Shown here piece after piece: positions 62,586 to 64,000 of a stretch of DNA of 64,000 nucleotides; position 1 is the stretch's first letter, and each line of letters opens with the position of its first letter. The DNA comes from Jatrophihabitantaceae bacterium (GTDB lineage: Bacteria; Actinomycetota; Actinomycetes; Mycobacteriales; Jatrophihabitantaceae). The stretch is taken from contig JBPCOI010000078.1 of assembly GCA_051000395.1 (NCBI GenBank), forward strand, positions 15,780 through 79,779. The letters are read 5' to 3'. The notes under the pieces are model-generated. The model saw only the letters and a program-made list of their open reading frames with translations. It was not told the origin of the DNA and did no database searches. The translations under genes were made by a program, and so were the position numbers.

Positions 62586-63659
62586 TTATCCGTCGAGTTG
62601 TACCCGGCCATCGGAATTGGGCAGGTTGAGAACGGCATGCAGTCGTCCCTCACCGACCCGTGATATCTGGACGTCGCTACGCGTCGCGCAGGTGCCGTCG
62701 CCGTAGCCGATGTTGCTCTGGACGAGCACCCGCTTGCGCGCCGGATCGGTTCTTGTCGTGACGCCATCGATGCACCTCGGCAGTGCCCACTGCGCCGATA
62801 CGACGCCTCGCGTATTGATCTGCACGATCCTTGACGGCGACAACTCCGGTTCCGAACCGCAGCCCTGGGCGGCCACCAGCCCGGCAACCGTCCAGGCGGG
62901 CGCGAAGTAACTGCACCCCGCCGGGTTCGGAACGCGAAGCGCGGTCCGGAAACTCAGATTCGCAGCGTCAAAGATCACCAACTGCTGAAGATCACCCTCG
63001 TAACCGGCGACGATCTGCCGACCGTCAGGACTCCAACTGAGCGCGACGAACGGATGCCCTTGGTCGTCCGTGGCCGTTCGCGAGCTGTTCCCGGTGACCA
63101 GGTTCAACACCACAAGAACGTTCGGCAAGAACGCTACCGGACCGTCGCACATTCCCGTGCAGTGATCCACAAAACAGCTCGGATGCGTCAGATATGCAAT
63201 CTGTGTGCCGTTCGGGCTGAGCGCGATCCCGGAGGACGTCTCCCCAACCTTGCGCAGCGCAGTCGCGCGGCTGGTGCCTGAGTCGATGCGTTCCAGAACG
63301 GTCGCGCATCCGGTGGTGAGCGCAACCACAACACTGCCGTCAGCGGCCTGCGCGGCCGACACCGTGGTACCCGGGTTGGTTTGGACCAGAGTGCGAATCA
63401 CCGCGCCATGTGGCCCGCTGCGCAGCTGCAACGTGTCGCCGGCGTTCGGCAGTCCGTTCGCGACGGTGAGGAACGTACCCCCGGACCGATTCTGGCCTGC
63501 GCGCAGCGCCGCAGCTGGAGACGCCGGCGCTCGGTCGCGCACCTGCGTCCCGTTCGAGCCGCACCCCACCAAGACCGAGACGAGAACGACCGAGATCAGC
63601 GGCAATGCACGAGAGCCCACACCCCTCTGACGTAGCGATGGCGCCGGCTCGTTCCGCAT
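62586..63659 (-). CDS. Lipoprotein with beta-propeller-like (TolB/WD40-like) repeats; compositionally atypical
   Basis: ATG 63659. Lipobox LVGCG. Repeated strings such as IALSPNGTQIAY and LSWSPDGRQIVAG. Visibly lower GC than the rest of the window. Confidence 0.6.
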   Translation of the reverse strand: MRNEPAPSLRQRGVGSRALPLISVVLVSVLVGCGSNGTQVRDRAPASPAAALRAGQNRSGGTFLTVANGLPNAGDTLQLRSGPHGAVIRTLVQTNPGTTVSAAQAADGSVVVALTTGCATVLERIDSGTSRATALRKVGETSSGIALSPNGTQIAYLTHPSCFVDHCTGMCDGPVAFLPNVLVVLNLVTGNSSRTATDDQGHPFVALSWSPDGRQIVAGYEGDLQQLVIFDAANLSFRTALRVPNPAGCSYFAPAWTVAGLVAAQGCGSEPELSPSRIVQINTRGVVSAQWALPRCIDGVTTRTDPARKRVLVQSNIGYGDGTCATRSDVQISRVGEGRLHAVLNLPNSDGRVQLDG

Positions 63660-63783
63660 GCCCCGACTGTGAGCGGCCGGATGGCGGGTCGCAAGCGGAC
63701 CGACGACTGGGGGCGGTAGCAACGTCGTCAGACCCGGCGCTTATCGTGCGCCCGTCAGAGCACTCCGACCGGAGGAGGTTGGC

Positions 63784-64000
63784 ATGACCAATGCTGTGAA
63801 CTACTACGAGATCGCGTCACCGGACCCGGAGGCAACCAAGGCGTTCTACGGCGGTCTGTTCGGCTGGGACGTGGCCGAGCCGTCGATGCCCGCGCGGTAC
63901 AGCATGATCGAGGAGGATCGCGGCGGCTTGTGGGACACCTCGCAGCTGGGCGGGGCGAGCTGGGCGATCTTCTACGTCCAGGTCGACGACGTACCGCTGG
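63784..64000 (+). CDS. VOC family (glyoxalase-like) protein, 5' part (runs off window end)
   Basis: ATG 63784 after GGAGGAGG. MTNAVNYYEIASPDPEATKAFYGGLFGW... Open to the window edge. Confidence 0.7.
   Translation, partial: MTNAVNYYEIASPDPEATKAFYGGLFGWDVAEPSMPARYSMIEEDRGGLWDTSQLGGASWAIFYVQVDDVPL

Overview
High-GC (about 70% by eye) actinobacterial chromosomal segment. No rRNA, tRNA, CRISPR, transposase or integrase was recognisable. Left edge: grpE (partial) and dnaK with an HspR-type operator. 2.2-36.9 kb: a large cell-surface glycan locus. It encodes DUF4012, an LAXTG-sorted Ig-like protein, a PglF/CapD dehydratase, a DegT aminotransferase, a sugar N-formyltransferase, a PIG-L deacetylase and an FkbM methyltransferase. 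It also holds a complete FnlA/FnlB/FnlC UDP-L-FucNAc pathway split into two blocks, two GT4 transferases, a PglC-type initiating transferase, three sulfotransferases, one 961-aa Wzy-like/Wzx-like fusion ORF, a Wzc-type tyrosine kinase with a ~490-aa repeat-bearing tail, and an LMW-PTP. Embedded in the locus are three paralogues of an unrecognised membrane-anchored beta-rich domain and a Tat-secreted tachylectin/DMFase-like protein; these are my best candidates for something undescribed. 38-41.7 kb: OpuC-type osmoprotectant ABC transporter. 42.5-56.6 kb: core region syntenic with M. tuberculosis Rv0050-Rv0058 (ponA, GT87-like, rpsF-ssb-rpsR-rplI, dnaB). It carries two long modular coiled-coil genes and a cluster of DnaA-box-like motifs between rplI and dnaB. 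56.6-64 kb: lower-GC accessory stretch with an orphan Clp_N protein, a GNAT, an ECF sigma coupled to a triple-VOC protein, more VOC genes, a PNPOx, a TipA-like MerR with a 19-bp-spacer promoter, and a lipoprotein. Most long ORFs antisense to these genes are high-GC shadow ORFs. Many track ORFs carry spurious N-terminal extensions, which I trimmed using overlaps, RBS and family N-termini. All calls rest on motif recognition by eye; no searches were run.
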